DNA of 63,850 bases, counting the filler, from Dimargaris cristalligena (Eukaryota), in assembly GCA_003614675.1 (NCBI GenBank). It is 23 parts of 23 records of this genome, joined end to end, with 100 filler letters (N's around TTAATTAATTAA, not from the genome) between each part and the next. Parts side by side here need not be neighbours in the genome. Positions count along the whole stretch, not along the records: positions 44,744 to 47,417 come from ML004143.1; positions 47,518 to 50,191 come from ML004144.1; positions 50,292 to 52,952 come from ML004145.1; positions 53,053 to 55,713 come from ML004146.1; positions 55,814 to 58,359 come from ML004147.1; positions 58,460 to 61,109 come from ML004148.1; 17 more parts are not named here. One strand, written 5' to 3'. Numbering within the stretch: position 1 is the first letter of the stretch; each line of letters begins with the position of its first letter. The position numbers and the translations under genes are program-made. Under the pieces are notes generated by a model. That model ran no database searches. It had not been told where the DNA came from and was given only the letters and a program-made list of their open reading frames with translations. Of this stretch, positions 44,744 through 58,520 are shown in pieces.

Positions 44744-47417
44744 TGATTAGTTGCTAATGCAGCTTGTACGTTGCTAAAGAGGCTTCCGACTAGAAGAGTT
44801 GGTTCTAACGTGTTTGTATTTATAGTCTTATAGATTATAACGCTTTCTAATGCTCAATTATTGTTTGGCTCATCAGTCGAAACCGCATTCATGTCACCAT
44901 TCCCCGAAGGCTCACCACTAGTTCAAGGCCCGCGAAGGCTCTACCTGAAGACATATTTAATCGTCATGCCGGGTGGCTGGGACCCACCGATTGAGGAGTA
45001 AATTAGAGTGAATATTCGCGACGAGCCTCAGTATAGTGTTAGGGATATACAAAGTCCGGCTACTAATTTGCTTGAGATGAGGTCAATTCGAAAAAAAACA
45101 ACAACAATATTATCGAGAGAGTGTCCTGTTTTCAGGCGTTGAATGTAGGTGCATCTCCGTACTTGCGAGTGACTTTCTATAATTGTAGCTCCAGTCACCG
45201 CAACTTTGGGTCTATGACAGGTGTACCATCCCCCTCCCTGTTGTAGTATTACGATATCAGGACATTGTAGGGGCAGTATGGTGGCCCGGCAAAGATGGGT
45301 ATAGTCTGGATAGGGACTGTGGTAGACGAGGCAGTGAGTGGGGTTTGGTGGACCGTGAGAGCCGAAATGTGCAAGGCTGGATCGGCCAACAGGAAGCGCA
45401 AAAATAACCTTGGCTATTGTCAAAAAACGATACCGGGAAACCCCTATATTGATGGAGTAAGACGTGAATGGCGTAGACAATCATGTATAATTGCCAATGC
45501 ATTTGGCGCACAACGCAATTGATGGCCATTGATTCAAGTATCTTTTAACGGTGTAAAATGGCCAGGATGAATTGGCTTTTGAGCATGTTATAATAGAATT
45601 GCAACTGGGGAAGGGGTGCATATTTCCCGAATTGTACACCTACAGAGGTAAATCCCGGGCAATAAAGTCGTCAGCTGATGCGGCTGGGTGGAATAGGGTA
45701 AATACCACGCCAAGTTAGCGTTTATAAAAAGACTGCCGCGGAATTCAATCGCCGATAGAAAAGGTATGTCCAATTTAGTGAAAGTGGAGGGCATTGGATA
45801 AGAAGGGGGGTGCGAGGCCACCCCTAATTACAGTTCAGCATAGGCATATTCAGGACCATTCAGTTACAATGGGTGGTCCGCCTCATACCGCCTACTAATG
45901 CCTATTCCACCATGCTCTCTGAATATTAACCGGCTCCCTTCTCTCGCCCCAACCACTGTAAAAATATAGACGACGCGATAGCCGAAAGACAAATGTATAA
46001 TGCACGCCACGCCTAACATGACATATTTTAACGCATTTGGAAGCAGAGCGGAACCACCGGCACACTCGTCTAGAAGCCGCATTCTCCAAGTAATAATTTA
46101 ATTCCTTTTGTAGGGGGGAGTTAACACCGCCCTCCTATCATTATGCTTTATGGCAGGTCATCCTTGCGGTTCGTCCATGTCACCCTGCCAGGATTTGGAA
46201 GGGCATAGCAGGCCTTACCCGCCTCATATCGCTTGAACATCCTCCCTACCATTATGAATAATTTTTAAGTGTGATTATAGCCCACGTCGAATAAGCATAA
46301 TATAAATCAATCCTACCAGGTCAATTTATTTTCCTATACTCCGACCAGTACCTGGTATTCAATCCCGCCGCCCACCGCCCTCCAACTGTAGCTTATTTCC
46401 ATCGAACAGTTGCCCAACCGCCCTGTACAAACCTGTTGAAACGGCAGTGGGAAAGGGGGCTTGGGGATCCGCCTTTCCGCATAAGAACTCATTATAATTC
46501 CAAGTCGCAGCGGAGCCTGGCGGTTCGGATGCCCTACACGCATGGCGTCCGATTTACGGATTGTACGTGTTGTACATTCAGGGGGAGGGATGTCACGGCA
46601 TTGTGAGTGCTGCTATCAAAAAGGTTTGGTTATTCTAATAAATCAAAAAGAAATATATATGAAAATGGCGGATCAGGGGGAAATATACATTTAGGAGCCA
46701 CCTTTCCCCCTGAATCTATAGTAAAGCCCTCCCACGGGCCATTGGTATCCTGTACTCATAGGAGTGTATGTGAAGTGGCATTGTCCTAAAATACCACACC
46801 GTTTAACCCGGCCCAGACCACACCGGCCATCATAGTCTCGGTTGAACCTCGTCAACCGGCAGGCCAAACCAAGGTCAGTCGAATTATTATGAATAAAAAA
46901 GTATTTATACACATTACTCGTCCTACCTGGGTTTCTCTATCGTCTCCACCATAGTTTAATGTTATAACTACTTACTTCGTAAAATGAATCTAGATTTTTT
47001 TGGTACACCGCCCCTGTTCCACCCCATCACCATTGGTATCCAATGTGCCGGACAAGTAAGTGGAATGTGTTGGTTATACTGCTATTATTTATACAATTTA
47101 TTATCAATTACTATTACTATTACTGACACTATATTTATAGAATTATTTAACACTAATATTGTATGCCTCTAAACATTATATATAATAACTATAGATCCTA
47201 ATTTTCGAGCTAGTGGCTCGCCTAGCTGTTTCCGGGTATTTACACCTGGCAAAGAAGGCCGAAGAGTCCCCGGCCATCAATGATCTACCAGGTGTTCAAT
47301 TTCCGCTGGCCTTCAAATATCTGCCATTTGTTAAATTGCTGCTGCTAATCAAGTGGCCATTGCCCATCGAATCGTCGCTACCGCCAGTTGAATTGTTGTT
47401 GCCGCCTGTCGAATTAA
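44744..47417. repeat. Near-identical copy of contig 47518-50191; the 46723-47417 part is also homologous to 18091-18785 (inverted)
   Basis: Same length (2674 bp), same ORF set, virtually identical core, diverged ends. The repeat-protein start codon is AAG here (47255). Confidence 0.97.
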
Positions 47418-47517
47418 NNNNNNNNNNNNNNNNNNNNNNNNNNNNNNNNNNNNNNNNNNNNTTAATTAATTAANNNNNNNNNNNNNNNNNNNNNNNNNNN
47501 NNNNNNNNNNNNNNNNN

Positions 47518-50191
47518 TGATTAGTTGCTAATGCAGCTTGTACGTTGCTAAAGAGGCTTCCGACTAGAAGAGTTGGTTCTAACGTGTTTGTATATATATT
47601 ATTTTACATTATAACGCTTTCTAATGCTCAATTATTGTTTGGCTCATCAGTCGAAACCGCATTCATGTCACCATTCCCCGAAGGCTCACCACTAGTTCAA
47701 GGCCCGCGAAGGCTCTACCTGAAGACATATTTAATCGTCATGCCGGGTGGCTGGGACCCACCGATTGAGGAGTAAATTAGAGTGAATATTCGCGACGAGC
47801 CTCAGTATAGTGTTAGGGATATACAAAGTCCGGCTACTAATTTGCTTGAGATGAGGTCAATTCGAAAAAAAACAACAACAATATTATCGAGAGAGTGTCC
47901 TGTTTTCAGGCGTTGAATGTAGGTGCATCTCCGTACTTGCGAGTGACTTTCTATAATTGTAGCTCCAGTCACCGCAACTTTGGGTCTATGACAGGTGTAC
48001 CATCCCCCTCCCTGTTGTAGTATTACGATATCAGGACATTGTAGGGGCAGTATGGTGGCCCGGCAAAGATGGGTATAGTCTGGATAGGGACTGTGGTAGA
48101 CGAGGCAGTGAGTGGGGTTTGGTGGACCGTGAGAGCCGAAATGTGCAAGGCTGGATCGGCCAACAGGAAGCGCAAAAATAACCTTGGCTATTGTCAAAAA
48201 ACGATACCGGGAAACCCCTATATTGATGGAGTAAGACGTGAATGGCGTAGACAATCATGTATAATTGCCAATGCATTTGGCGCACAACGCAATTGATGGC
48301 CATTGATTCAAGTATCTTTTAACGGTGTAAAATGGCCAGGATGAATTGGCTTTTGAGCATGTTATAATAGAATTGCAACTGGGGAAGGGGTGCATATTTC
48401 CCGAATTGTACACCTACAGAGGTAAATCCCGGGCAATAAAGTCGTCAGCTGATGCGGCTGGGTGGAATAGGGTAAATACCACGCCAAGTTAGCGTTTATA
48501 AAAAGACTGCCGCGGAATTCAATCGCCGATAGAAAAGGTATGTCCAATTTAGTGAAAGTGGAGGGCATTGGATAAGAAGGGGGGTGCGAGGCCACCCCTA
48601 ATTACAGTTCAGCATAGGCATATTCAGGACCATTCAGTTACAATGGGTGGTCCGCCTCATACCGCCTACTAATGCCTATTCCACCATGCTCTCTGAATAT
48701 TAACCGGCTCCCTTCTCTCGCCCCAACCACTGTAAAAATATAGACGACGCGATAGCCGAAAGACAAATGTATAATGCACGCCACGCCTAACATGACATAT
48801 TTTAACGCATTTGGAAGCAGAGCGGAACCACCGGCACACTCGTCTAGAAGCCGCATTCTCCAAGTAATAATTTAATTCCTTTTGTAGGGGGGAGTTAACA
48901 CCGCCCTCCTATCATTATGCTTTATGGCAGGTCATCCTTGCGGTTCGTCCATGTCACCCTGCCAGGATTTGGAAGGGCATAGCAGGCCTTACCCGCCTCA
49001 TATCGCTTGAACATCCTCCCTACCATTATGAATAATTTTTAAGTGTGATTATAGCCCACGTCGAATAAGCATAATATAAATCAATCCTACCAGGTCAATT
49101 TATTTTCCTATACTCCGACCAGTACCTGGTATTCAATCCCGCCGCCCACCGCCCTCCAACTGTAGCTTATTTCCATCGAACAGTTGCCCAACCGCCCTGT
49201 ACAAACCTGTTGAAACGGCAGTGGGAAAGGGGGCTTGGGGATCCGCCTTTCCGCATAAGAACTCATTATAATTCCAAGTCGCAGCGGAGCCTGGCGGTTC
49301 GGATGCCCTACACGCATGGCGTCCGATTTACGGATTGTACGTGTTGTACATTCAGGGGGAGGGATGTCACGGCATTGTGAGTGCTGCTATCAAAAAGGTT
49401 TGGTTATTCTAATAAATCAAAAAGAAATATATATGAAAATGGCGGATCAGGGGGAAATATACATTTAGGAGCCACCTTTCCCCCTGAATCTATAGTAAAG
49501 CCCTCCCACGGGCCATTGGTATCCTGTACTCATAGGAGTGTATGTGAAGTGGCATTGCCCTAAAATACCACACCGTTTAACCCGGCCCAGACCACACCGG
49601 CCATCATAGTCTCGGTTGAACCTCGTCAACCGGCAGGCCAAACCAAGGTCAGTCGAATTATTATGAATAAAAAAGTATTTATACACATTACTCGTCCTAC
49701 CTGGGTTTCTCTATCGTCTCCACCATAGTTTAATGTTATAACTACTTACTTCGTAAAATGAATCTAGATTTTTTTGGTACACCGCCCCTGTTCCACCCCA
49801 TCACCATTGGTATCCAATGTGCCGGACAAGTAAGTGGAATGTTTTGATTTTACTACTATTACTTTTACAATTTATTATCGATTACTATTACTATTAATGT
49901 CACTATATTTATAGAATTACTTGACACTAATATTGAATGCCTCTAAATATTATATATAATAACTCTAGCTCCTAATTTTCGAGCTAGTGGCTCGCCTAGC
50001 TGTTTCCGGTTATTTACACCTGGCAAAGATGGCCGAAGAGTCCCCGGCCACCAATGACCTACTAGGCGCTGAATTTCCGCTGGCCTTCAAATATCTATCA
50101 GTTATTAAATTGCTGCTGCTAATCAAGTGGCCATTTCCCATCGAATCGTCGCTGCCGCCAGTTGAATTGTTGTTGCCGCCTGTTGCACTGG
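47518..50191. repeat. Near-identical copy of contig 44744-47417
   Basis: Offset of 2774 throughout; differences confined mostly to 47590-47610 and 49840-50191. Confidence 0.97.
50029..50191 (+). CDS. Start of a paralog of the Pro/Glu-rich repeat protein (3'-partial)
   Basis: MAEESPATNDLLGAEFPLAFKY... is homologous to the ORF starting at 18252. Confidence 0.45.
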
Positions 50192-51281
50192 NNNNNNNNN
50201 NNNNNNNNNNNNNNNNNNNNNNNNNNNNNNNNNNNTTAATTAATTAANNNNNNNNNNNNNNNNNNNNNNNNNNNNNNNNNNNNNNNNNNNNGGTAAATAT
50301 AGCACATGTATAACACCTTTAACTATTTGTGAGCTTTGAAAAATAAAATATAAACCGGTCTACAACTGAGGTGACTGTAATAATCATTTTTTAAGGCATG
50401 TCGCGGGTATCTCAGGGATATGATGAGTATAAGAGTTTTCAGGAAGATTCAATTGCGATTGATGTGATGACGCTGTAATTGTAAAAGCAAGCGTGATATA
50501 ATCAAATCAATCTAATATATTAATCGTAGAATACAGCTTCCTGTATAGAAAGAAAGGGGGTGCAATAGGTGAGAAAAAAACAGCAGTTAACCGAGCAGTC
50601 GCAATTGTAAAACCTTTAGAGTTGACTTGGTCTTTTCCGTCTTAGGAGGAGAAGATGAAGCGGTCGAAGCATTGGGGTTCCGAAGGGGGATTGCACCCCG
50701 CCTAACCTGCGGGAATATTTGGGGATCAGAGTTCAACTTTTTAGAGCTCATATTAGTAAAGGTACTCTCATAGATATGGTAAGTATCTGTCTTTGGTGGA
50801 GGGTGAGTGTAGCTTAAGTTAATGCACTGAACAACGTTATTCATAAGCGATAAAGAAGCAAACCCCACCAGGCAGAGATTGGTTAAGGAAGAGGCGAAAC
50901 AAGTTTAAAGTGATAAAACGATGTAGGAGGGAAACCACAGAATGGGATACAACAAATCATTTGACTAGGTTACTATGGTGTAATGAAAACTGAGTGAATC
51001 AATATATTGTAGAGCAGAGTAGGATATGGGAAGTGGTGGCACTGAGGATATGGATTTAAACAGGATATCGGAGCGGCTGTTATGTATAATCGACCCCGCA
51101 GGGGGGCAGATTGATCACGTAAAATGAAGGCTTCGCGATGAATCGGTGCATTTTCTCGTCTTCAGTCCGTCACCTAGATAATCGAAGCATCCACACCTAT
51201 ATAGCCAATGGGCAGTATTATTTAGCCGTCTAGAGTCAACAGAGAGATCTACTGCCCAATCAACCGACCTGCTTGAAACAA

Positions 51282-51309
<28 letters not shown>
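51282..51309. repeat. (CT)14 microsatellite
   Basis: Read directly from the sequence. Confidence 0.95.
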
Positions 51310-51312
<3 letters not shown>

Positions 51313-54300
51313 CCAAATTCTGCGTGTTCAACAAGATAAAGCAGGAGTGTTACAATGCCATGTCGTGAAAGAGGGGAGGAAATCTCTAGCCTTTTTTGAG
51401 CCCCCATCTCTCACTATGAGTAACCAAACATATACTGAACCAAACTCAATAGATCCCTTGAAGATTGTGGGCCTTTTGAACAGATCGTCTTTTGAAGCTA
51501 CGTACAAGATTATTCATGGAGGGGGGCTACACCTATACTCTTCCGTATCCTTAGCCCGTCGGGAAAACTGTCTACTGTAATCTTCACAGATGACCCATTA
51601 TTTAGTTAGGTTGATTCGATCGAGTGCTTGCAATCATTATCATATTGTGAACAATCAGGCTTTAAACGTGGATTCTTCTGCTGCCCCAATCGAATTAGGG
51701 GAGGCAGCTTACTTAAGGCATGGAATGATCACTCCAGTATTTATTTGCAAAGTCTTGGCGAGCCGCCAGCTATTACATTACCTCCTGTTCATCCCCCCTT
51801 CACTGGTGGTGCCCATTGCCATAGCCAGAGTAGTGGCCCGGACCGACCAAATAATACTGGTTGGGTAGATCGTATCGAGGCAATTGCGTGGGCATAGCAG
51901 TGTGGATATAAGGGATAGGTGTCCTTTAGTAGATCTATAAGTCCTCGATAATCCACGCCTATCCCACCGGTGCCATTAATTCACTGCCACATTCATAATA
52001 GAGATTGGAGACAACTCGGCCCCAATCTATCGCAGAGGTATAGTATGTGAGTTTGCAGTGCATATGTTTATAGGGTAGCTTACCTCTAGGGCCGACGTGT
52101 CCAATAACTCAACTGAATAATTGTAGGAAGGGTATAATTAAAAGAGGCTATGGGGTTTAGGACTTCTTAACTTCTTGAAACCCATGCCAAAGCAGCATCT
52201 CTTTAAAATAGCAGCTAAAAAAGTATGCAATGAGGTTGGGTATAATAGGTTCAGTAATAGCAAAACCCAGTTTAATTTTAGGCTTGTAGAACTAATTGGT
52301 ATGAGTGATACTTAGTTAAGTAGTATAAGATTTTAAATGATATGTGTATGGGATTAAATGTGAAGAAATGTTTTTAGCCTGTAGTATTGGCCTCAATCAA
52401 TGGTTTTTTTGATATACAGGCCAGTTAAACCTCGCCCATGTGGAGGCCAGGGATGGCTAGACATGGGTTTTCTGTTGAGGAATTAGATGTGATAAATGCA
52501 ATAAGCAGTGGCTGAGCATCACCAAGCCTAAAAATAAATGTTACACTGCTCTATGGTGTATCAAGCCACCAATACAGGATTCCAGTGAACACAGGTCCAA
52601 GACTCTGTAAGCATGTCATCTGGATATAGCAAATTGGCTGTATAAATATGTGTTGCTTCTTCTCTCATCCACTAGTTTTCTGTGGCTGAATATTAAATAA
52701 CCCACTGTCTCTGTCTGTCTCTGCTGGCATATCAACAAGAGATTCAAACTAGATGGTAATCATACTACTATTAGTGAATAACCCTCCATTTACTAGGCAT
52801 GGAGACTGATCCCACTGACCCCCCCACACACCCACCTCTTGGTTAGATACCAATTAATTTAAAATCACTACTGGTGATTATTTTTCATATCCACTCTGAC
52901 TTTAATCTATTATTGGGCTCAGGCTTCAGCATTTACTCAGCAGTCCATTTGANNNNNNNNNNNNNNNNNNNNNNNNNNNNNNNNNNNNNNNNNNNNTTAA
53001 TTAATTAANNNNNNNNNNNNNNNNNNNNNNNNNNNNNNNNNNNNNNNNNNNNTTACTGCTATTATCCAATTCAATAAAACCAACCGCGGGCATCTAGCCT
53101 TGCCCCTCGCGGTTCTTTCTCTCTTCTTTGAATCTTTTCAGTTGTATCTGAAGGCACTTGCTTTTACCATTCAATCTATATTTCCAACATAGTTCACCTG
53201 AAGATATTTCGCCAAAATCCAATTACAATTGCATAATAGCAGCGCTCATAGTGTTCATGCTCGCCTATAGGCCTGCATAACTCGGATTCTCATACATTGA
53301 CCGTTGGCTATTCAGGGCGCCCAAATTAGCCTTATATTCGAGAATTAAGTACGCTATTAACTTAAGAAGTGAATGGTCGATCAATTTAAAATACAGACTG
53401 TTGTGAATGAGATACCGGCGCTAATGAAAGGCAGAGAATCTACGCGGGTAACTTTTAAGGCCAAGCAATATGTCGGTTAAACTAAGGATGGTCTATTTAT
53501 TGGGAAGGACCGAAAAAGTATTGGATGAGTTTTGGCGATGAGTGCTCCCTCTTTAATTATCATTCACGATATTCCTTAAGAATTACCCTTTTGCACTTGG
53601 CTGCGTAGTTTCCTGCTGTACCACTGTTCGTTGGCCTGGAGCTCCAGCAGCCTTAACTCCCCTCCCACCCCCGATCTTGAGAGTACATTCATTCGTTTAA
53701 GCCGGGGACCCAACACTTTATATCCATCAATATACCAATGAGCACGGAAAGAGGGGTGGTGGGTAGCACATCTACTAACATTTTTTGAGGAAATTTGAAA
53801 GATATGCAGACCAGTAGCTACCACTAATTGGATAGGCACCATTTTTCCCCCTTGCCAAACATTGTCGAGCAATAACAGTAGCCCTATCTACCTGGATCTG
53901 GCCCCAGTCACTGATAAGGGCTCTAAAACCATGCAGTGCTCTGGAAAACAAATGAAAACCATAATCCTTAGCATAACAACTTTGGAACCAATGGATAATT
54001 ATACTGGTATAATTGAAACTAACTTAACTTCCTTATAATTCATTGACATGCCTGTGTCGATAATAAGAGGGTAGTGGAGTGAGAATGTAGAGTGTAAAAA
54101 CGCCTCCCCAATGGGCCATGGTGTAAAATGTCTAAATAGCCACTAGACCAAGTCTTTGCAACAATGTCATATATTGTTGTTGTGGTGTCTAAGATCCCTT
54201 GTTACATTAAGGAAGCTAGAGATGGTGGGGGGAACTCGTTTCTGCTGAGGAGACTGTCATCCCATTATGAGAAGTTCTCAGAGTAGTGCATGGATGTAGC

Positions 54301-55604
54301 AGGCCCTGGTCAACCTCACCACTAAAATAGCAAAAGTTGCCTGAGCAAAGGTGGAAAGTGGGGATAGGGACATTCACTGCTCATCAACAGGATCTGGTGA
54401 GAAAAAGAGATTCCATGTATTTCCTTCTGGGTGAGCCACCACAGACAGGGCTGTGGTGGTGGATCTTTGAATGGTTTAGGGGTATTCAGAATATGGCTTG
54501 GATATTTCAGCTTGGTGAACTAAGTAAGCCAAGGCAACTTAAACTGACTATTCCCTCGCAGTCTGTATTATGTTGTGGTCAGTATTGGCTGGGAATTGCC
54601 AAACATGCTACATGAAACAAGATGGGTATCTTAATACAAAATCAAAGGCAGGATATATTCACAAAGTGACTGGTAGAGACATGGGCTGATGTACTTTGTG
54701 TTAGAATGTTTAAATGAATTATAACTGCAAGCTTTATTGTATAAGTATATAATCACTAGTAAAGATAGTAATGAATAAAGAAGAAAGCCATAAAGAGAAA
54801 CCAACAACTCCAGTTGAGTTGTTTTATTGAATAGAGGATGCACTCATAGCTAGAAGGAGACGTGGTCATTGTAAAGTGAATAAAATAGTACTTACAAGAG
54901 CTGAATGAGAATTGGAATAGGTCAGGTGATTTCTAACACTTCATAGGTATCTGGACTTTCTGGTTGTACCTGTGATCCCCTACTGTGCAGTTTAGCAGGA
55001 GATTACTTGGTTGGGAAAGGGCCACTGAGATGCTGTGGTACTTATAACAACAGTTCAAGTAATGTCAATTAGACTTGCTATAAAAAAAACTTAATGGTAT
55101 CTATTAAAGGAGAAAGAAAATATATTGCCATTGAACACTCATTTCCTCTGCTTATGCAAACACAGACTGGAAAAAAACAGATACACCCCTCCCTTTTTTG
55201 GCATGGTTGAATTATTTCCAGACTTACATGTCCAAACACTAATGGGGTGAATATACAATAGTAAAAAATGGTCATGCCATGTCACACCAAGAAAATGTGG
55301 TTCCCATAGACAAGTAAGGATATAATATGTAGGACTTCTTTAAGTTAATATACACCACAATGATTAATTAACTCAAGACACAGTGGCAACCCTGACAACC
55401 ATTATCAGCATTAGCCACTCAGTACCACCCCAACCATACCACAGCCACACATGGTTGGATATCCCTAGCCAAAAATATTATGGAAATGTGGCCATCATCC
55501 TTGGAAGCAATATACCTAAATAGTTGCTAGTTGACTGTACCACCCTAACATCCCCCAATTGAGGTAGCCAGGCCCTTGGTGTCTATTCATTTGTATTATC
55601 CAAA

Positions 55605-55713
55605 TGTAAAGAACTGAACTCAAATCCTTGAAAACTGAACTTTATTTAAAAAGATAGGTGATAAAAGGGAAAGGTGATGATAGACTTGCTGTTCCAAGAG
55701 GTGGCAGCAAGGG
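55605..55713 (-). mobile_element. LTR family C 3' end
   Basis: Reverse complement of 28095-28203 with a few transitions. Confidence 0.65.
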
Positions 55714-55814
55714 NNNNNNNNNNNNNNNNNNNNNNNNNNNNNNNNNNNNNNNNNNNNTTAATTAATTAANNNNNNNNNNNNNNNNNNNNNNNNNNNNNNN
55801 NNNNNNNNNNNNNC

Positions 55815-57563
55815 CCCCGCAAACCCAAACCCCACTCGAACTCGACCAACCCGTTTGATTACCCCTCCATCCCACAACGACAATCGTCCCTGCCGGTACC
55901 CCAGGTGCCCTCGTTTTCGGCCAACAGTGATGTCTACCCTCGTGTTGTGGCGCAAAACGACGCATCCATGCAATCCAGTGGTATGCCCTTCCCTTGCGAG
56001 TCCATTCGCAGTGAGAACTCCTCAGTTTTTGAGCACGTCGACCAACCCCAGGGAAATATGCGGCCCAACGATGAGCCGCAATATAAGGAGGAGACACACG
56101 GTTCGGTCACTATTTCCCTGCGCGATATCCTCAAACAAGTCTTCGCCCGCAAGTACATCGGCAGTTGGCCCGTTGAGAGTATCTGGATCGATGGCCCCGC
56201 CGGCCGTCTCGTCCTTCAATTATTTTACCTGCCTGCTATCCCCCAGTTGCTCCCACGCGAGATCCCTCTGACGTTCCGGGATATGCTAGAAACCGTGGCC
56301 GCCGCTGAATGGCATACCCATATCTGGTTGCATGGTTACCTGTACATGCGCGGTCTAGACAGCCCCTTTTGGCGCCGCCGGTACTTTAAACTCGAGGGCG
56401 CATTCCTCATGGCCTATCACGAAGACACCAAGGCGCCTAAACTGCTGATTGATTTAACCATGGCCAGCCATGTCCTGGATCCAGACCAGGCCACAAACCC
56501 AGCTGCCCAAAATAAGACAGACTTCTCTTCGTCATTGATTAGCCAACCGAAGGGGTCTGTTCGTCGCCGTCGGAACCAGAACGAATCGCAACCCCCAACT
56601 ACTTCATCTGCCCACCTATCGGTCCCTGAAACACATCGTCAACACCGGCAGCGTTCGAGATCTGAGCTGAGCCAACCCCGGGGCAGTTTGGCTATCCGTC
56701 AGCGTGCTCCTTTGCACCAGCCTGTACCCCGCCGACAGTCCTTCGCCACCGGCATACCCCAGCCTTCCGAAAATAGGATCCCCGATTATTTCCATCGACC
56801 ATCCGCCGAACGTGACGACGAGGAGCGATACGCCAGCTCGGACTCGGGGTTCTCGTCGGGTGCAGATAGGCGTATTGGGTCGGGTACGGAAGTTAGCCAA
56901 ACCAAGGCCCATCGCCCCCAGCACTATTCTGCAACCTCATCGGATTATGATTCCCAGGCCACCGGTGACGAAGCGGACGTTGAAGGATACAGCAACCAGT
57001 CTGATCTGACTCGGTCGTTGTCATCTACCAATCCCCGTCCCCAGCATACCAGTCAAATAACCCAAGCCCATCCCCCCAACAGCATGACCATCGTGTTCCG
57101 TAATGACGACGGTATGCTCGAATTGTACGCTGATACGCTCGATTCCAAGCGACGTTGGCTGGCCAACCTTAAGAACGTGGTCGGGCACGTCCCCCGTGTT
57201 CCCACCTGGTTTGTGCGCCTATTGACCATTGACCAATCCGCCCGGCATCGCCAGCAACAACAGCGCCTGGACAGCCAAAGGCAAAAGGCCAAACAAAAGC
57301 AAAAGCGTCACCAACAACAGGCCAACCCACAGTCAACGAAGCGACCATCGGGTGGGACCTCCGCTACTCAGCCAACAGCACCCCGTGCCCCCAGCGGCCA
57401 GTCCTATGGCTCGGCCCCTCGTATCATATCACCTCCCGGTACACGCTCATCCGCTGCTCCGTCGTCCAGCCGACATTCCCATCTCAGGTGGCAGGAGACC
57501 GGGACCACCAAGAGCCACGGCCCTGCCACGCGTTCCACCATTCCTAATTTCATTGTATCATGA
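55815..57563 (+). CDS. Bud4/anillin-like protein C-terminal region with PH domain, 5'-partial
   Basis: GRLVLQLFYLP...EIP; GYLYMRGLDSPFWRRRYFKLEGAFLMAYHEDTKAPKLLIDL; IVFRNDDGMLELYADTLDSKRRW resemble the fungal Bud4 anillin-homology/PH region. Frame open from the contig start. Confidence 0.8.
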   Translation, partial: PRKPKPHSNSTNPFDYPSIPQRQSSLPVPQVPSFSANSDVYPRVVAQNDASMQSSGMPFPCESIRSENSSVFEHVDQPQGNMRPNDEPQYKEETHGSVTISLRDILKQVFARKYIGSWPVESIWIDGPAGRLVLQLFYLPAIPQLLPREIPLTFRDMLETVAAAEWHTHIWLHGYLYMRGLDSPFWRRRYFKLEGAFLMAYHEDTKAPKLLIDLTMASHVLDPDQATNPAAQNKTDFSSSLISQPKGSVRRRRNQNESQPPTTSSAHLSVPETHRQHRQRSRSELSQPRGSLAIRQRAPLHQPVPRRQSFATGIPQPSENRIPDYFHRPSAERDDEERYASSDSGFSSGADRRIGSGTEVSQTKAHRPQHYSATSSDYDSQATGDEADVEGYSNQSDLTRSLSSTNPRPQHTSQITQAHPPNSMTIVFRNDDGMLELYADTLDSKRRWLANLKNVVGHVPRVPTWFVRLLTIDQSARHRQQQQRLDSQRQKAKQKQKRHQQQANPQSTKRPSGGTSATQPTAPRAPSGQSYGSAPRIISPPGTRSSAAPSSSRHSHLRWQETGTTKSHGPATRSTIPNFIVS

Positions 57564-58459
57564 TGTTGTATTCCCCATAATTGACATTTCTAAATCGAAA
57601 TTTGTTTATTGAGCATTATATTCCACATCAGTCTATTCACTGGCATTTTTTATTTATTTATTTCAGTGCGGTCCCCATTTGTCATTAGAACACACATAAG
57701 TTAAATATAATTACATTCCGGATTGCTGATTCCCAAAAATTGTGTACTTCTTTATCATCAGTAACCCACCCTGTTAATTTGGGGCTACCAAAGTTGGTTA
57801 GGGGAATAGACCCTATCAGTTGTCTGTCCTTCCACCGAGTGCCCCTATACTAATTAATTTTACATACATGTTTCTTATTCCATCCTAGCAATTAAATATA
57901 TACGTTATAGAAGACATAATACAAAATTGCACTATCATTTATCATATATGTCGGTCGGGTTTGATTGAATATGGGGGTGGTGGCACTCCGACCGTATATT
58001 TTGCACTTTTTGTTTTCATGCAATTAAGGATTATAATAGTTTACAGGGATTTATTCTATTTACTAACTCCAACCCTAATGTTATTTATAATGCCTTCGAT
58101 CGTGCTAACGGTTAGCCATTTTGACAGGTTGTATATGTTAGTATAAAAATTATGGCTGTGGGAATGAATCATGTACACGATTGGTGGTTAAGTCGAGGAA
58201 AATAAGCTAATAAAGAGGCTGGTTTCCTGTACAATCACGTAGTGTTGTAGATTAAGATTTAATGGAGCGGCATCCGTCTAATTAGAGCGGGCAAATGTCA
58301 ATTGATAAACGCTTGGTCTATAGTTTGGGGAAGAAATGGGACCTATGGTTTGGGGGAGANNNNNNNNNNNNNNNNNNNNNNNNNNNNNNNNNNNNNNNNN
58401 NNNTTAATTAATTAANNNNNNNNNNNNNNNNNNNNNNNNNNNNNNNNNNNNNNNNNNNN

Positions 58460-58520
58460 TTTATTATCTATCTTTTCAAATAAAGTTCAGTTTTCAAGGA
58501 TTTGATTTCAGTTCTTTACA
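58460..58520 (+). mobile_element. LTR family C 3' end
   Basis: Identical to 2865-2925. Confidence 0.65.

Noticed and set aside
45028-46912. Many short ORFs conserved between the twin contigs
   Set aside because: Conservation only reflects near-identical DNA; no recognisable domains.
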